Source: Octopus sinensis (lineage: Eukaryota). From it: a DNA stretch of 64,000 bases. A model generated the notes under the pieces. The model saw only the letters and a list, made by a program, of their open reading frames with translations. It made no database searches and had not been told where the DNA came from. A program made the translations under genes and the position numbers. Where the stretch lies: NCBI RefSeq assembly GCF_006345805.1, contig NC_042999.1:100626001-100690000 (forward strand). The letters run 5' to 3'. Of this stretch, positions 1-12,416 are shown in pieces (position 1 is the first letter of the stretch; each line of letters opens with the position of its first letter).

Positions 1-451
1 TACAAACAGCTGGCATTACAAGAGATAACAGAAGATCAAAAAATATCTTACAAAAACAAATTTCTATATCACATCCAGTAATTTTGAAAAATAAGGAAGG
101 ATACATTATATAATCTTATACACACTATGTTCGTGGACTAAACAAGAAGAACAGTGCATGATTTTGTGGTATATGCTGAAAGATTCCATTAGCAACAAAG
201 TGAAATTCAAAAACTAAACATAAATGATTTAACTCTTTAACATTCAGATTACTCCATCGAAAGTAATGTTTATTTATTTGCATTATTTTGAATTAATCGT
301 TTATTATCTCGCACCTTTGGGATTTTGATGATGGGATTGCTTACTTCTAGAGAACAAATTCTACAGTTTAAATTGAAATAATCTAAATGTTTGGAAAAGC
401 TTTTTCTTTCAAATTTTAGCAAAACATTAAAAACATAAATTCTCCACTTAC

Positions 452-543
452 TCTGCAATGGCCCAAGCTAAACCAAATCCATCATAGGTTGAGGTACCTC
501 TTCCAAGCTCATCTATTATGATCAAAGAGTTTTCTGATGCTGA
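452..543 (-). CDS. MSH2: MSH2 exon 23, Walker B ([31 protein letters not shown]); gene continues left of the window
   Basis: [19 protein letters not shown] motif; GTAAG donor at 451. Confidence 0.97.
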
Positions 544-801
544 CTGAAAAATTCAGAAATAAAGACATACATGCCAAAATCAGATATTTACAGACGCAAA
601 AATGTTTCCAACTACATCTCAAAACTGCACTGTTAAATCTGGCGCATGCTTAATTTATGAAACCTCATATATCCTTTGGCAGCATACAGCATCATTTCCA
701 GGAAAGAATAAAAAGAAAAGACTTGAACTCCAACATTAATCACAGCATAAGGAATATAATCCTCAACCATGAAACAAAAACATTGCAAAGTTATTTATAA
801 A

Positions 802-1439
802 CTAGCAGAACCTGTGAATATTCCATGGAATTAATTGTAAATCTATTAGGTTATTTCTGAAAACTTTATCCAAAAAACCTGAAAGCCGAGCCTGTGTTGT
901 GTCTGTATGGAAAGATAGTCACTCATTGAAAAGTGAAAGAAATTGGAATACGATTACTTAATGCACTTTATAGACTTAAAATACAACACACATAAAATAA
1001 ATATCCACTCTTATTTTCCCATTTTTCCCACAGAAAAAAAAACGTACATATGATACAACCTCTAGTCAAATTGCAAATCTGCCATGCAAATAAGCATGAA
1101 TGCTTCATGGAATTGCACTTATGCACATGCATTAAGTGATAGGTGATATAAAAAACTTAGTCTAATCAAAAAAAAGAAAATATCCTTTTCACAATCCAGT
1201 CACCATCATCTCTCTCTTCCCACTCTCTTCCTTTCTTTAACCTCACCATCAGAACATCACCCCTCTACTAAAATTATATTTTTAACTCTTCCTCTACCTT
1301 CAACTAACTTTTTTAACCACGTAATAAATATTATGTTCCCCCTACCTCACGCCATGGATGCTTCTCTCTCCTTTTTCTCTAATCACATGAAAGTGTTACC
1401 GACGGGCTAAGTAATGCAATGACAAGCAGAATTATAAGA
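802..1439 (-). mobile_element. Probable non-autonomous Helitron (3' end clear, 5' end uncertain)
   Basis: Minus-strand subterminal hairpin plus TGCTAG|T at 802, same terminus style as the other Helitrons here. Confidence 0.4.
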
Positions 1440-1545
1440 TTCACATGTTTATTGAAAATCTTTCACCTTATCCTGTAGAGAGTATAGCTATCTATAAAAT
1501 ACCAATTAAATAACAGAAGATAAACGATATAAAAAAAAAATTTAC

Positions 1546-1713
1546 TCTGAGAATTGATGCAGTCTCCAGCATTTCTGCCATAAATGTAGATACACCTTTT
1601 AGTTGACTATCTCCAGCACCAACACGTGCCAAAATACTGTCAACAATGGAAATCTCTGCTTCATCACAAGGCACAAAACAACCAAGCTGAGCTAAAAGTA
1701 CAATACAGCCAAC
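1546..1713 (-). CDS. MSH2: MSH2 exon 22 ([16 protein letters not shown]...[28 protein letters not shown])
   Basis: MSH2-diagnostic [19 protein letters not shown]. Confidence 0.98.
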
Positions 1714-2130
1714 CTAAAAAGATAAAGAGGATTAAAAATAGAAATAATAATAAAGTTTACTTCAAGATTCAAAAGATAACAGAACTATCCCCAACACAAG
1801 ATCTTCATTCAATCCTTGCAGTTATATTTGAGCTATTAGTAGCTGAATCTATCAGAAGTATTGGTTAGTAAGGTCACCTGTTTTAAGTATAAGACACTCT
1901 ACACATGACATAAAATGATGTTTGCAGGACTAACTTCTCATAACTTACGTAATCTTAGGTAACTCATTATGAGTTACATTTTTAGTTATAACACATATAC
2001 ATGACATACAGAAATAGACTGGATATTAAAGACAATCAGATATTTTCAGACAATCACACTGCACTTTATAAGATTCATCACTCCATGTAGGAGCAATAAG
2101 TATAGTCTTCAGCTGTGCAGAAACATTGAA

Positions 2131-2340
2131 AAGGCGGCCAGCTGGCAAAAACGTTAGCACGTCAGGTGAAAAGCTTAGCGGTATTTCGTCTTTATGTTCT
2201 GAGTTCAAACTCTGCCTTTCATCCTTTTGGGGTCCATTAAATGAGTACCAGTTACGCACTGGGGTCGATAGAATCCGTTTGTCTGTCCTTGTTTGTCCCC
2301 TCTCTGTGTAGCCCCTTGTGGGCAGTAGAGAAATAAGAAA
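2131..2340 (+). mobile_element. tRNA-derived SINE
   Basis: A-box-like agctggcaaaaacgtta and B-box-like gagttcaaactc; degraded reverse relatives near 3880-4030 and 9660-10000. Confidence 0.65.
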
Positions 2341-2577
2341 AATTGAAAATCAGGTTTGTGTGTATACTTAGTCATTCCACAGATTAACTACATGTCATAA
2401 CTCAAAGCTAACTTACAACTACACAATAACAACATGCTTACATAACCAAAACTGGAACTAAAAGACGAAATGTATGTTTGTAATATGGATACAGCAGTCA
2501 GATGTGTTATTTTACTGTCCTTTCTAAATACTGATTAACAAATATTTTGGCTTCAAAACAAAAAACAAGATACTTAC

Positions 2578-2642
2578 AGATCTAATATATGTTGATTTTC
2601 CTCCCATATTGGGTCCAGTTATAATGTGGAACATCCGTTTCT
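2578..2642 (-). CDS. MSH2: MSH2 exon 21, Walker A ([22 protein letters not shown])
   Basis: P-loop GPNMGGKS. Confidence 0.97.
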
Positions 2643-3530
2643 CTAAAATGATAAAGAATAAATGTGGTTAGGTTAGGTAAACCCTATATATTTTTTTTTC
2701 TCTCTTACTTTAAAAAATTAGTCTCTACATCCTCTAACAACAACATACCTGTCTAAATTTTTTTTCTCATTATTTTCGATCAAATTTTGATAATGCAAAG
2801 TAGCCTGTTAATTCTGCTAATATCCTTACTGATAATGTTTAAAAACATGTCCATGTAATATTGCTGTGAAGAATTGTGATTTTGCGGAGTTGCATAAGAT
2901 TATGTGTGCTATGAGAAGAAAGCCATCTTGCAAATGATGATTTATGTTATGTCAGAAGTGTAGAATACTGAACTAGAAACAGGTTACCTTAACAACCGAT
3001 ACCTCAGATATATTCAACTCAAAAGATGATTAAATTATCAACATCTTTTGGTGCTTCGATATTTAGCTCTCTGATCAAGAGTCTTTTTACCTATGCTACA
3101 CTGAAATAAGGCCCAACAAAGTCTTAGAATTGCACAATCTTTCTTAAAATTAAAGTACGACTAGAAGCATATAAATGTACTTTTTAAAAAAAAAAAGAAT
3201 TAAATTACATCATATAATCTATATCTTGGTGCATAAAAGGTACAATAAACATAATATTCTCTGAGCTGTATCTACCTCTAAACAATAACTGATATAACAG
3301 AGAAATTCATCAGTCACAAGGTAAATTGGCAACTAGCAGCTATAGATTGCATAAACATATATGTAAAGCAAACTAATTCAACAAAAATAAAGAATTTTTA
3401 CCTGACACAGCACAGTGCCAGAACACATGATTGAGAGTCTACTGATCAAGATAGCTCCCCTTCTAAAGACAAATGTCAAGGTTTGCATAAATAAACAATT
3501 GCCTTAGTAGATGCACCTGTAAAGACTTAC

Positions 3531-3626
3531 CTTTTTCAAATTCAATATCATTGGGAATGAAAGAAACATCATCCTGCATTTCCAAACATGGATGTCTTGC
3601 CTCCTTCAGTCGAATAATTCCAGATC
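3531..3626 (-). CDS. MSH2: MSH2 exon 20 ([32 protein letters not shown])
   Basis: MutS RHP and FIPND motifs. Confidence 0.96.
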
Positions 3627-4874
3627 CTAAAAGGAAAACAGAAACATATCAAGTTATATCCTGGAAAATTATTCAACCTAATTTCAAAATAATCCTCAAT
3701 AATGGTGCCACATAAAAAGTACAGTGAAGTGGTTGACATTAGGAAGGGCATCCAGCAGTAGAAACCATGCCAAAACAAGACAAACTGGAGCCTGGGAAAC
3801 TCTCCTGCTGTCCACCTCCTGTCAAACTCATACCAGCATAGAAAACAGGTATTAAATGATGATGGTGATGGTGAATGGTTTCTAACTTAGACAATGCTTG
3901 TTGTTCAGGGATTCCAATGAATCAACCTCCATTCAGTTAACTACTGGTACTATTTTATTGACTTCTAGAAGGGTAACAGGTAAAACCTTTTGTCCTGATT
4001 CTCTGACAATTCTACCAACTCACCGCCTTACAATTTCTATAACATTATTACACAATGCTACCTAAATATGGTTTCAACACAGTCTATACTTCTTGAGCTA
4101 TTTTGACTTTCTTATCTTGATTTCACAACAATCTTCATTCTGTAATTGCATTTTTAGATTTTCTTGTCTACATTAAATTTTTTTCAAAATAGTAGTTTGA
4201 GAAGGAAGAAACAATCTAGCTATTTATACTGTCCCCAAACATTTTAAAAACTGAAATTGTTTATGGAAACCTTTATACAATGATTGTTTTATACAAATGC
4301 AAATTTATACATTGTTTTACCTGCTGGAAAAATTAGCCAAATAACCCACAAATTATGTCTTAAAATGAGCACTTTGGAATAGTTACAGCAAGAACACCCT
4401 TGATCATAGATCTGCTTTAATGTCTGATCTAGAGCTAAGCAATAACATGAAAAAACATTCTAATGCAAGTGGTAAAATCAAACTTTAATTCACATCAGAA
4501 AAGTATTCTACTAAGTTATTCAACCTGCTTGAAATAACAGTCAAATCTCCTGTCAAATGGCACCATCTTAAAAACAATATATTGAACCATGTACTCCATA
4601 ATAAATAAAAAGATGGTTATCCCTGGAACATGTTTCATTGTAAGTTTGCACAATCAATGTTGATCCAGGACTAAGAAATGTAAACAACTGAACAATTGAA
4701 CCTCTATGTGGTCGTTCAATCTGTTAAAAATAGCAGTCAAATCACCCTAAAACCAGACTCTAACATCTTAAAGAGAAGTTGGGACTCATCTAAGGAACAC
4801 ATTTGATCACATTTTACTTTATTAAAACTGACTTGGGTAAAAAAAAAAACAACATAAACAAGGTTAAAACTTAC

Positions 4875-5000
4875 CTTTCTCCAAAAGTTTAGGACGTACA
4901 TAAGGTATTGGTGCATTAGCAGATACATGGGCAAAACAAACCATAACATCCAGTTGTGCAAGAATATCATTCATCTGCATCATAGGTTCAACATAACCAG
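4875..5000 (-). CDS. MSH2: MSH2 exon 19 ([42 protein letters not shown])
   Basis: Overlaps ORF 4864..5076; conserved AQLD and PYVRP. Confidence 0.97.
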
Positions 5001-5746
5001 CTTGAAAATAGAAAAAAATGAGATTTAGAGTGCAATATAATCTTACACCATTTGGAAAGCTTAACAAAAACAACACCAGATTTCAACTAATATAATGACT
5101 TCAAGATTTTAATAATGAAAGGAATAGAAAATGTCAGTGATTATGTGAACCATAAACCATTAACTTATGATTTTTTTCATGATTCTATTTGTAATGAATT
5201 TAACTGAATTACAGAATTTAATACTATGTTTCTATTAAATTAGAAAAACAATTATGAAGGACTTTTTGTAAAATAACCAACTTTTTCATTAAATGGTATA
5301 TTAAGACGTTTAAAAGATTTTTTTTTATTTATAAAACTAAGATTGCTTGTTCTAAAGTGTTTATATTTAAATTAAAATTACTTTGTATCATTAAAGTAGA
5401 GGTGGTTTCAATCAGATATGTATCAAAAGAGAGTTAATTAGCATGTTTTTATTTTTCCAATAAGAAATGTATTGGACAAAGTAAGAAACACTTGATATAA
5501 CAAGAATTCGAGGAGACTCAAGGTAGCCTGCATTTAAAAGAATTGATGTTGTAGATAGCAGTGAGATTTTTTGGTGACATCAGGAAAGAAAAATTTGGAG
5601 TCAAGCCTCACTTCTGTTTCTCAAAAGGAAATATATAACATTTCCCTAAACATGATAAAATTTCCTCTTATTAATAATTTTACTTTAACCTATCTAAGGA
5701 AAAAAAAAAAACCACATTATTTTGGAAGATCTTTATAATAAATTAC

Positions 5747-5918
5747 CAGCAATATCAATGATTCCAGCAACAACAGTTTTCTGTTGTTCAGCATAATCTT
5801 GTCTCAGTTGTACAAACTCTTCATTCAACTGCCGCAAACCAGTGTTGTGAAACCTCACACCATTTTTATTGGTGTCAATGGTAAGATAGGTTTTGTTATT
5901 TCGGATTAGTTTCTCCTC
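5747..5918 (-). CDS. MSH2: MSH2 exon 18 (EEKLIRNNKTY...KNGVRF...VVAGIIDIA)
   Basis: Aligns to human EEKVLRNNKNF...KNGVKF. Confidence 0.96.
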
Positions 5919-6241
5919 CTGTAAATAAAAAATTTTGTTCAGTCATCATCATCATTTAATGTCCACTTTCCATGTTTGAAAATAATAGGAAATGAAATAT
6001 AAAATGAGCAAACAGACTGAATAAAAAGCCTAATATTATCTAAAAGATTATAAATACTTATAACCTTTGGATAATGTCAAGTCAATTAGTAAGACATATT
6101 TTGCTTTCTTTCTGTTGTATTGAGGATTCTTTTCTACAAAGAGAAGCAGCTTTATATTTCATAAAGACCACTTCAAAAATTTTTCAGATGAACAAGTAAC
6201 TAAATTTTGGGGTTATACAAACTGACAAGACTTTTTTTGCC

Positions 6242-6470
6242 TTAACCCTTTCGATACCAACCCAGCTGAAACCAGCTCTGGTTCTGTAGTACAAATGTCT
6301 TGTTTTCTAAAGTTTTGAATTAAAATCTTCCACCAAACCTTAGTCACAGTTTATGTTCCTAACACTAGCTTAATGACAACTATGTTATTTTGCTAAATTT
6401 TTTGTTATATTTAAAGTAATTGAAAGAAACACAGAGCATCTCAAAATAAATACAGTAATGAAAGGGTTAA
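6242..6470. mobile_element. TTAA-flanked MITE (piggyBac-type ends)
   Basis: TTAA|CCCTTTC...GAAAGGG|TTAA; 221-bp body; diverged relatives near 41900-42150 and 55225-55380. Confidence 0.75.
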
Positions 6471-6705
6471 TACATAACAACATTTGTACACAATTTACCA
6501 ATTAACTTGTATTAATCATGTGTCTGCTGTATCAGGGCTGACATAAGGGTGAACAATAAGAACACCGACAGCACCACATAAAATAAAAAATAGTATTATA
6601 TAAAGAAATATCTGCATACAGAATTATCTAAGCCCTACCCACAGCAATCAAAGAAAAAATAAGAAACAAAATCAATGCCTTGCCATCAGAATAAAAACCC
6701 CTCAC

Positions 6706-6795
6706 CTTTCGAGTGACTCGGAAAAAATAACCTAACTGACTGTTTGATTCGAGCTTCAGTGTTTTCTGAGGTTCAACTCCCAGGTCCCTTGCCAC
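6706..6795 (-). CDS. MSH2: MSH2 exon 17 ([30 protein letters not shown])
   Basis: Clamp-domain motif ARDLG...GYxFRVT. Confidence 0.96.
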
Positions 6796-7689
6796 CTGTA
6801 AAGATAAAATAATTTAATTAACAATACAGCAATAATAATACTTTCTTCACTGAGCACATTACAAAACATGTAGGAGTATACATATATGTATAGGACGTAT
6901 GATGAAGAATTATTTAATATCGTGTTTGCTTCTATCAGAACCGTTTACCTTTAAAGTGGAAAAACAAAAACTGATGTATACGACAGGTATCATCATTATC
7001 ATCACATGTAAAAGATATTTCTGTTTACTTTCTCTGTTCATTCACATAAGCTGTAGAATAGAAATTGTTGTGCGTGCATGCACACACAAACACGGAAATT
7101 TTCCAGGCATTTAGCTGTTATTTTTAACAGTTCATTTTCAGTTTTAGACAACAGGCTGGGGTAATGAAGGGGTGCATGAATCAATTTCAGAGTTCTTCAA
7201 AGAAAATTTGAGATCAAAATTTTTTTTTCCCATATTCTTAATCTCTGTATTTTACCACATAATTTGAAAAAAGAAAAGTTAAAAATTAAAAAATCTTATT
7301 TAGTAGGGAGATTTAAAATTTTGAAAACACAGTTTTTGGTTTTTGCATATTCGGAATCTCCATCAAAACAGGAATCCGATGGGGTAAAAAAAAAAAAAAA
7401 ACCCAGAAGGTTCGTATAGGGAGGGGAGAACCCCCCTCCATATGGACAAGGGCCAAAATCCCCCCCCCTCCAGAACCTTCCCCAAGTAATGAAAAACCTT
7501 CATGCCAAATTTGGTACACATTGACCCAGCAGTTTGGCCACGCATAGAGGAGACACACATTCACAAACAGCGAATTTTATATATATACTAGCAGAATTGC
7601 CCGGTGTTGCTCGGGGCTGAATTGCTTGAAAGTACTGTTAATGATTGCACTGAATTATGATGATTATTCAGGCAAATATTGATATAAGC

Positions 7690-8200
7690 TTACGGTGGGA
7701 GATAAGGACTTAACGATCAAACATGTGCCATTGCATTGTTTTGGGGGAACCAAATTTCTGATGAGCATTATAGGGGCACCAACTTTAAGTTTGAGTGGTG
7801 GTAGTCCGGGGTGCTCAAAGGAATTGAGTACCTCTATTGGATAGTTGATGACATCCTCTGGGTCAGGAGTTGTATCGATAGACTGATATACATAGACTTC
7901 CCCAGGAATGAGTTTTAGCATTTCATCATTAATATGGTGAACAGTTTTATTCCTCGGGGCCAGTATAGCCTTTTTGCCAATCCAATCCATATTCTGATAA
8001 TTAGCTTGTAGATCTGGGAACACTGCATCTCTGAGATCAGAAGGCGTCTTAACAATGGTACAAATGGAATCAATGGCAATATTACCATTTTCATCCCCTG
8101 GTATTTTGCCTTCGCCAAGTGCAAGGAGGGTGTGAGGAAATGCTGCTGATGTGATATTACGTCGCATATGAGCACGCATATTGGTGTGAAGTTTGAGAGT
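7690..8200 (-). pseudogene. Helitron RepHel PIF1-family helicase fragment
   Basis: ORF 7664..8179: KAILAPRN, YPIEVLNS, LKLKVGAPIMLIRNL...CNGT are PIF1/Helitron motifs. Confidence 0.9.
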
Positions 8201-8425
8201 TACTTCCCTTTATTTAAAAAATATGCATTAAAATGGAAAAAAATGATGGTAAATTATTTGTAAAATCATAGACTCATCGTAGACGCGCACTAATACCCAG
8301 AAGGGCTCGATATGAATCACGACTATAAGATACCCGGTTTTAGTTAAACTGCATCGCAAAATGTGGGAGTAGTTAGGAATCTAAATCGGAGTAGACAGAC
8401 ACACAACCTTTCTTTTATATATAAA

Positions 8426-9105
8426 TATTTTCGTCCTAAAAAACTTTGTATGGATTGAATGGTTACCTCTATGGAAATATATACACGCACATTATACATA
8501 CATGTGTGTATAGATGAATATATAAATACATTTAAATATCTATATACACTTTTGGGCGATCTTTCTGTTTCTTAGAGATAACTTTAGATCTTATTTTCGT
8601 CCTAAAAAACTTTGTATGGAGTGAATGGTTACCTCTATGGAAATATATACACACACGTTATACATACATGTGTGCATAGATGAATATATAAATACATTTA
8701 TATATCTATATACACTTTTGGGCGATCTTTGTGCTACTTAGAGATAACTTTAGATCTTATTTTCGTCCTAAAAAACTTTGTGCGGAGTGAATGGTTACGT
8801 GTATGGAAATATATACACACACATTATACATACATCTGTGTATAGATGAATATATAAATACATTTAAATATCTATATACACTTTTGGGTGATCTTTCTGC
8901 TACTTGTATATACTTTAGATCTTATATTCATCCTAAAAAACTTTGTATGGAGTGAAAGGTTACCTCTATGGAAATATATACACACACATTATACATACAT
9001 CTGTGTATAGATGAATATATAAATACATTTAAATATCTATATACACTTTTGGGCGATCTTTCTGCTACTTGGGTATAGGTCTTATATTCGTCCTAAAAAA
9101 CTTTC
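8426..9105. repeat. ~166-bp tandem array, ~4 copies, inside the Helitron
   Basis: attttcgtcctaaaaaactttg recurs near 8426, 8593, 8759, 8924 and 9084. Confidence 0.9.
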
Positions 9106-10671
9106 CTGTCACTCATGCACACACATACACACACGCACGCTAGCTTACAATTTTATTTATATATTTGCGTGTCTATGTGTGTAAAGAGGAAGTGGCAGAG
9201 TGAAAGAGTCACTCACTACAAAAAGTGAATTACTTTCACTTTATTCATTGCACACTGTGTGTGTGCGTGTGCGTGTGGTGTAGGCCACACTAAGAAAAGC
9301 ATTTGACTTATACACCACAATGTGAGTTTTCTCTAAATTTTGCTTAATTGGGGTTGAAATTTTAAAAACTGGACCTGGCACGACCCGATGCATTCTACTC
9401 TTAAAAATGCTAGGTAAATTGTAATTGAAGAAATCCTATATTGTAGACTTCTATAAGATACAAAGGGAAGCAGATAAAATCTGCCTTTTATAATAAGAGA
9501 TACACAAACACACACAATTTCTGTTTTTGGAAAATAAATTTAGGGATGTTATTCAGAGTACTTGTTTCCATCATAGTAGTGAGTGGATCTTCCGGCTATT
9601 TCTTAGGTAACCACTTAGCAATATGTGGGAATATTTCCAAAAATATGTAAACAAAGAACATAAGTTTCTGATTTAGGCACAAGACCACCAAACTTGAGTG
9701 GGGTTTTACATGTTAGCATCAACTCCAGCACTTGAAAGGTACTTTATTTTATCAATCCCAAAAGGATGAAAGGCAAAGTTGAACTCAATGAGGTAGAGTG
9801 AGATGACAATGATTTTGGTAAGAAATTTGGGGGAAGGAGTATAGTTAAGCAAGTTGACTCCAGGGCTTAGCTGGTAACTATTTTATTGATCCAGTAAGGA
9901 TGATAAAAGCAAAGTCTACCTTCAATTCAGTTCTGATTTGAACTCAGAACATAAATACCACTTTACCTTCTACCAATCCATCACCCGAGCAATAATAATA
10001 ATTACTTTTTATATTGGCTACAAGGTACCAGGTCATTGAAGACAATATAAATAAGCAATGACAGCAATAACATTGTGGATCAAACTAGTGACTTAACTTC
10101 CACTTGCTCAAGGAAAAGAAGGAATAGATGAGATACGTCATAAAAGACAATGCCTCCTGTTGGCCAAATGAATTATCTGTTGCTGCTATTGCTTTCGTGG
10201 GGGTAAGCAGTCATGAGACAACTTAGGCTCGCAAACTTTGCTGATGGAAGTATTTGAGTTAATATGGGATAATGGTTTAATAAGATAACAGCCACTATGC
10301 TCTACCTCCCTCAGGCCACTGAGAATTCATGTCAGGACTGACTCAACAAGACACCATCCCAAAGCATAAGTAACCTCTTCTTCCTCTATGGCAAACAATA
10401 GCTCACAAACTTCACTATGAATAATTTTTATAGAAGCAGACCAGAAACTAGTTACCTTGGATGCTGTAGATTTTAACCATTCAGTGTTATATATCTGCAG
10501 AGTACCATGAGCAACAGGTCGTGAATAATTGACACCTTTAAGGTGAACTGTGACTCAGGTTATTAACTATTTAAAAAAACTACTGATGTCAAAGACACAC
10601 GAGTTGTTGTTACTAAGCCTCTATAAATTAAATACTAAAAATGTTGAAGATGAAAAGAATAAAGTAATTAC

Positions 10672-10727
10672 CTTATTTAACTGGGACTTAATATCAGCCT
10701 CAACTTCATCAAGTTTTTCTCGTAGAG
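10672..10727 (-). CDS. MSH2: MSH2 exon 16 (SLREKLDEVEADIKSQLNK)
   Basis: 56 nt, restores phase; cacag/GTAAT boundaries. Confidence 0.92.
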
Positions 10728-11668
10728 CTGTGACAAAACAAATAATTTCATAGAGTGGGAAAAAAAGCATTAAACAGCTATGACAAAATTTAAATTGTGA
10801 ATAAAAGCTACATAGATAGAGACACAAACAGGTAAGTTTTATTTTCAACCAAATGGTTTTGGTTTCATGCACACAGAATGACACTGAGCAAGTGTCTTCT
10901 ACATTACTACTCAATGAATGCACATCATTAGAAGGCATGATGCAGTGGGATTAGCAGAGATAAAATCTCTTCACAGACTTCTTCTTATGGATCACTGCAG
11001 CACCAATGCTCAGCTCAGACAATTCCACAGCATCATGCCTCCTAGTGACATGTATACATTCAGTATGATACACAGCTAGTGATTTTAATTTAATGCTGAT
11101 TCAAAGTAACCAGCTATCTAGTGCGAGCAGATATGGTTTGATAACGTCCACCATGATTCTGACAATTGTTTCATTTCCCTATGTAGTCAAATGCAAATGT
11201 AGACACCTTTTTGCCCCAACCCTCATATTAGGCTTAGTAACAGCTTGAAGAAGAAAGTACATGAAATAAGTGCCTTGCCCAAGAATTGAACTCATGCCGT
11301 TATAACTATGAAACACCTTATCCACGAGGTACACATATGAAGTACCTTTCTTATATATCTTTGAGTGTGTGTAATTATTTAGCCTTCCATTGTCTAAGCG
11401 GGTACTGCATAAAACATCACCATCTATACAATATTGTCTTTGTTTACAATCTGTCATGTAAAAATATTCAGCCACTGAGTTGTTTGTTATTCAAAAGATT
11501 TGAAGAAATAATACCTAACTTGGAAACAAGTGAGGCTGGCAATAGGAAGAGAATCTAGCCATAGAAAAACTGCCTCAATAAATTTCATCTGATCTATGCC
11601 AGTATAGAAGTGATGTGTGTGTGCACGTGAAGCAAAAGGAAAAGAAATCTTCACTAAATAAAACTCAC

Positions 11669-11783
11669 ATGTTAGAACATCATCAAATTCAGGTTTAATT
11701 AGAAATTCATGATTTTCTACTTGTTCCATATCCAATGTACTTTCAATCATCTCTTCAAATTTAATGAAATCCAACAGTAATTC
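11669..11783 (-). CDS. MSH2: MSH2 exon 15 ([38 protein letters not shown])
   Basis: Conserved [27 protein letters not shown]. Confidence 0.96.
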
Positions 11784-12416
11784 CTGCAGAAAAGAGTAAA
11801 TAAAAATATTCAATAACTATTAACTCTAAATATTCACAAAATGCTTAGAAGTTCATTCTTTTACTCTATCACAAGTTTCAGTTGTTGGACTGCAACCATG
11901 CTGGAACACTATCTTAACATTTTTGTTATTATATCAAATCCAGTACTTATTTTAGTCTCATTATTTTTTACATTGAGTAGATAAGTTAGCTTTTTGACAG
12001 AAGGAATGTAATACACCTGTTTATATACATACATATATAACAAGCTTCTATGGTCTCAATTTGCAAAATTCCATTCACAAGACATAGGTCAACACAAGTA
12101 TTTCAGTGAGATCAAACTTGGAACTACTACTATGTGATAAAGCAAACTCCTTTATCACACAGTAATATGAAAATTAAATTTGTTACATGGAATGTTGTCA
12201 AGTATCCCACTTATTAATGTCTTGCAGAAAGAACATTAGTAAATACTTTCAAATGAGCATCCACTTGGAGTTTTCCAAATCTGATGCAGGCATTATTGAG
12301 TTTCTGTGACTATCAATTTTTCCATTTTAAAGAGATTAGCATAAAGCAAAGGCATAATTCCATTGTAAGCTTTTGCTTTTCCTCCAACAGTTGATTTTGG
12401 GATGGATAATTTACCC

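Larger units (their letters stand above)
7588..9500 (-). mobile_element. Non-autonomous composite Helitron in MSH2 intron 16
   Basis: A|TCTCTTATTATAAAAGG 5' end at 9500; GC hairpin plus CTAG|T 3' end at 7588; carries a helicase fragment, a second 5'-like end (~8424) and a tandem array. Confidence 0.85.

Noticed and set aside
7664-8179. Nested host PIF1 gene
   Set aside because: Intronless fragment lacking the Walker motifs and enclosed by Helitron termini.
10060-10550. Possible extra exon or LINE fragment in intron 16
   Set aside because: MSH2 exons 16 and 17 join without a gap, and no diagnostic motif could be read.
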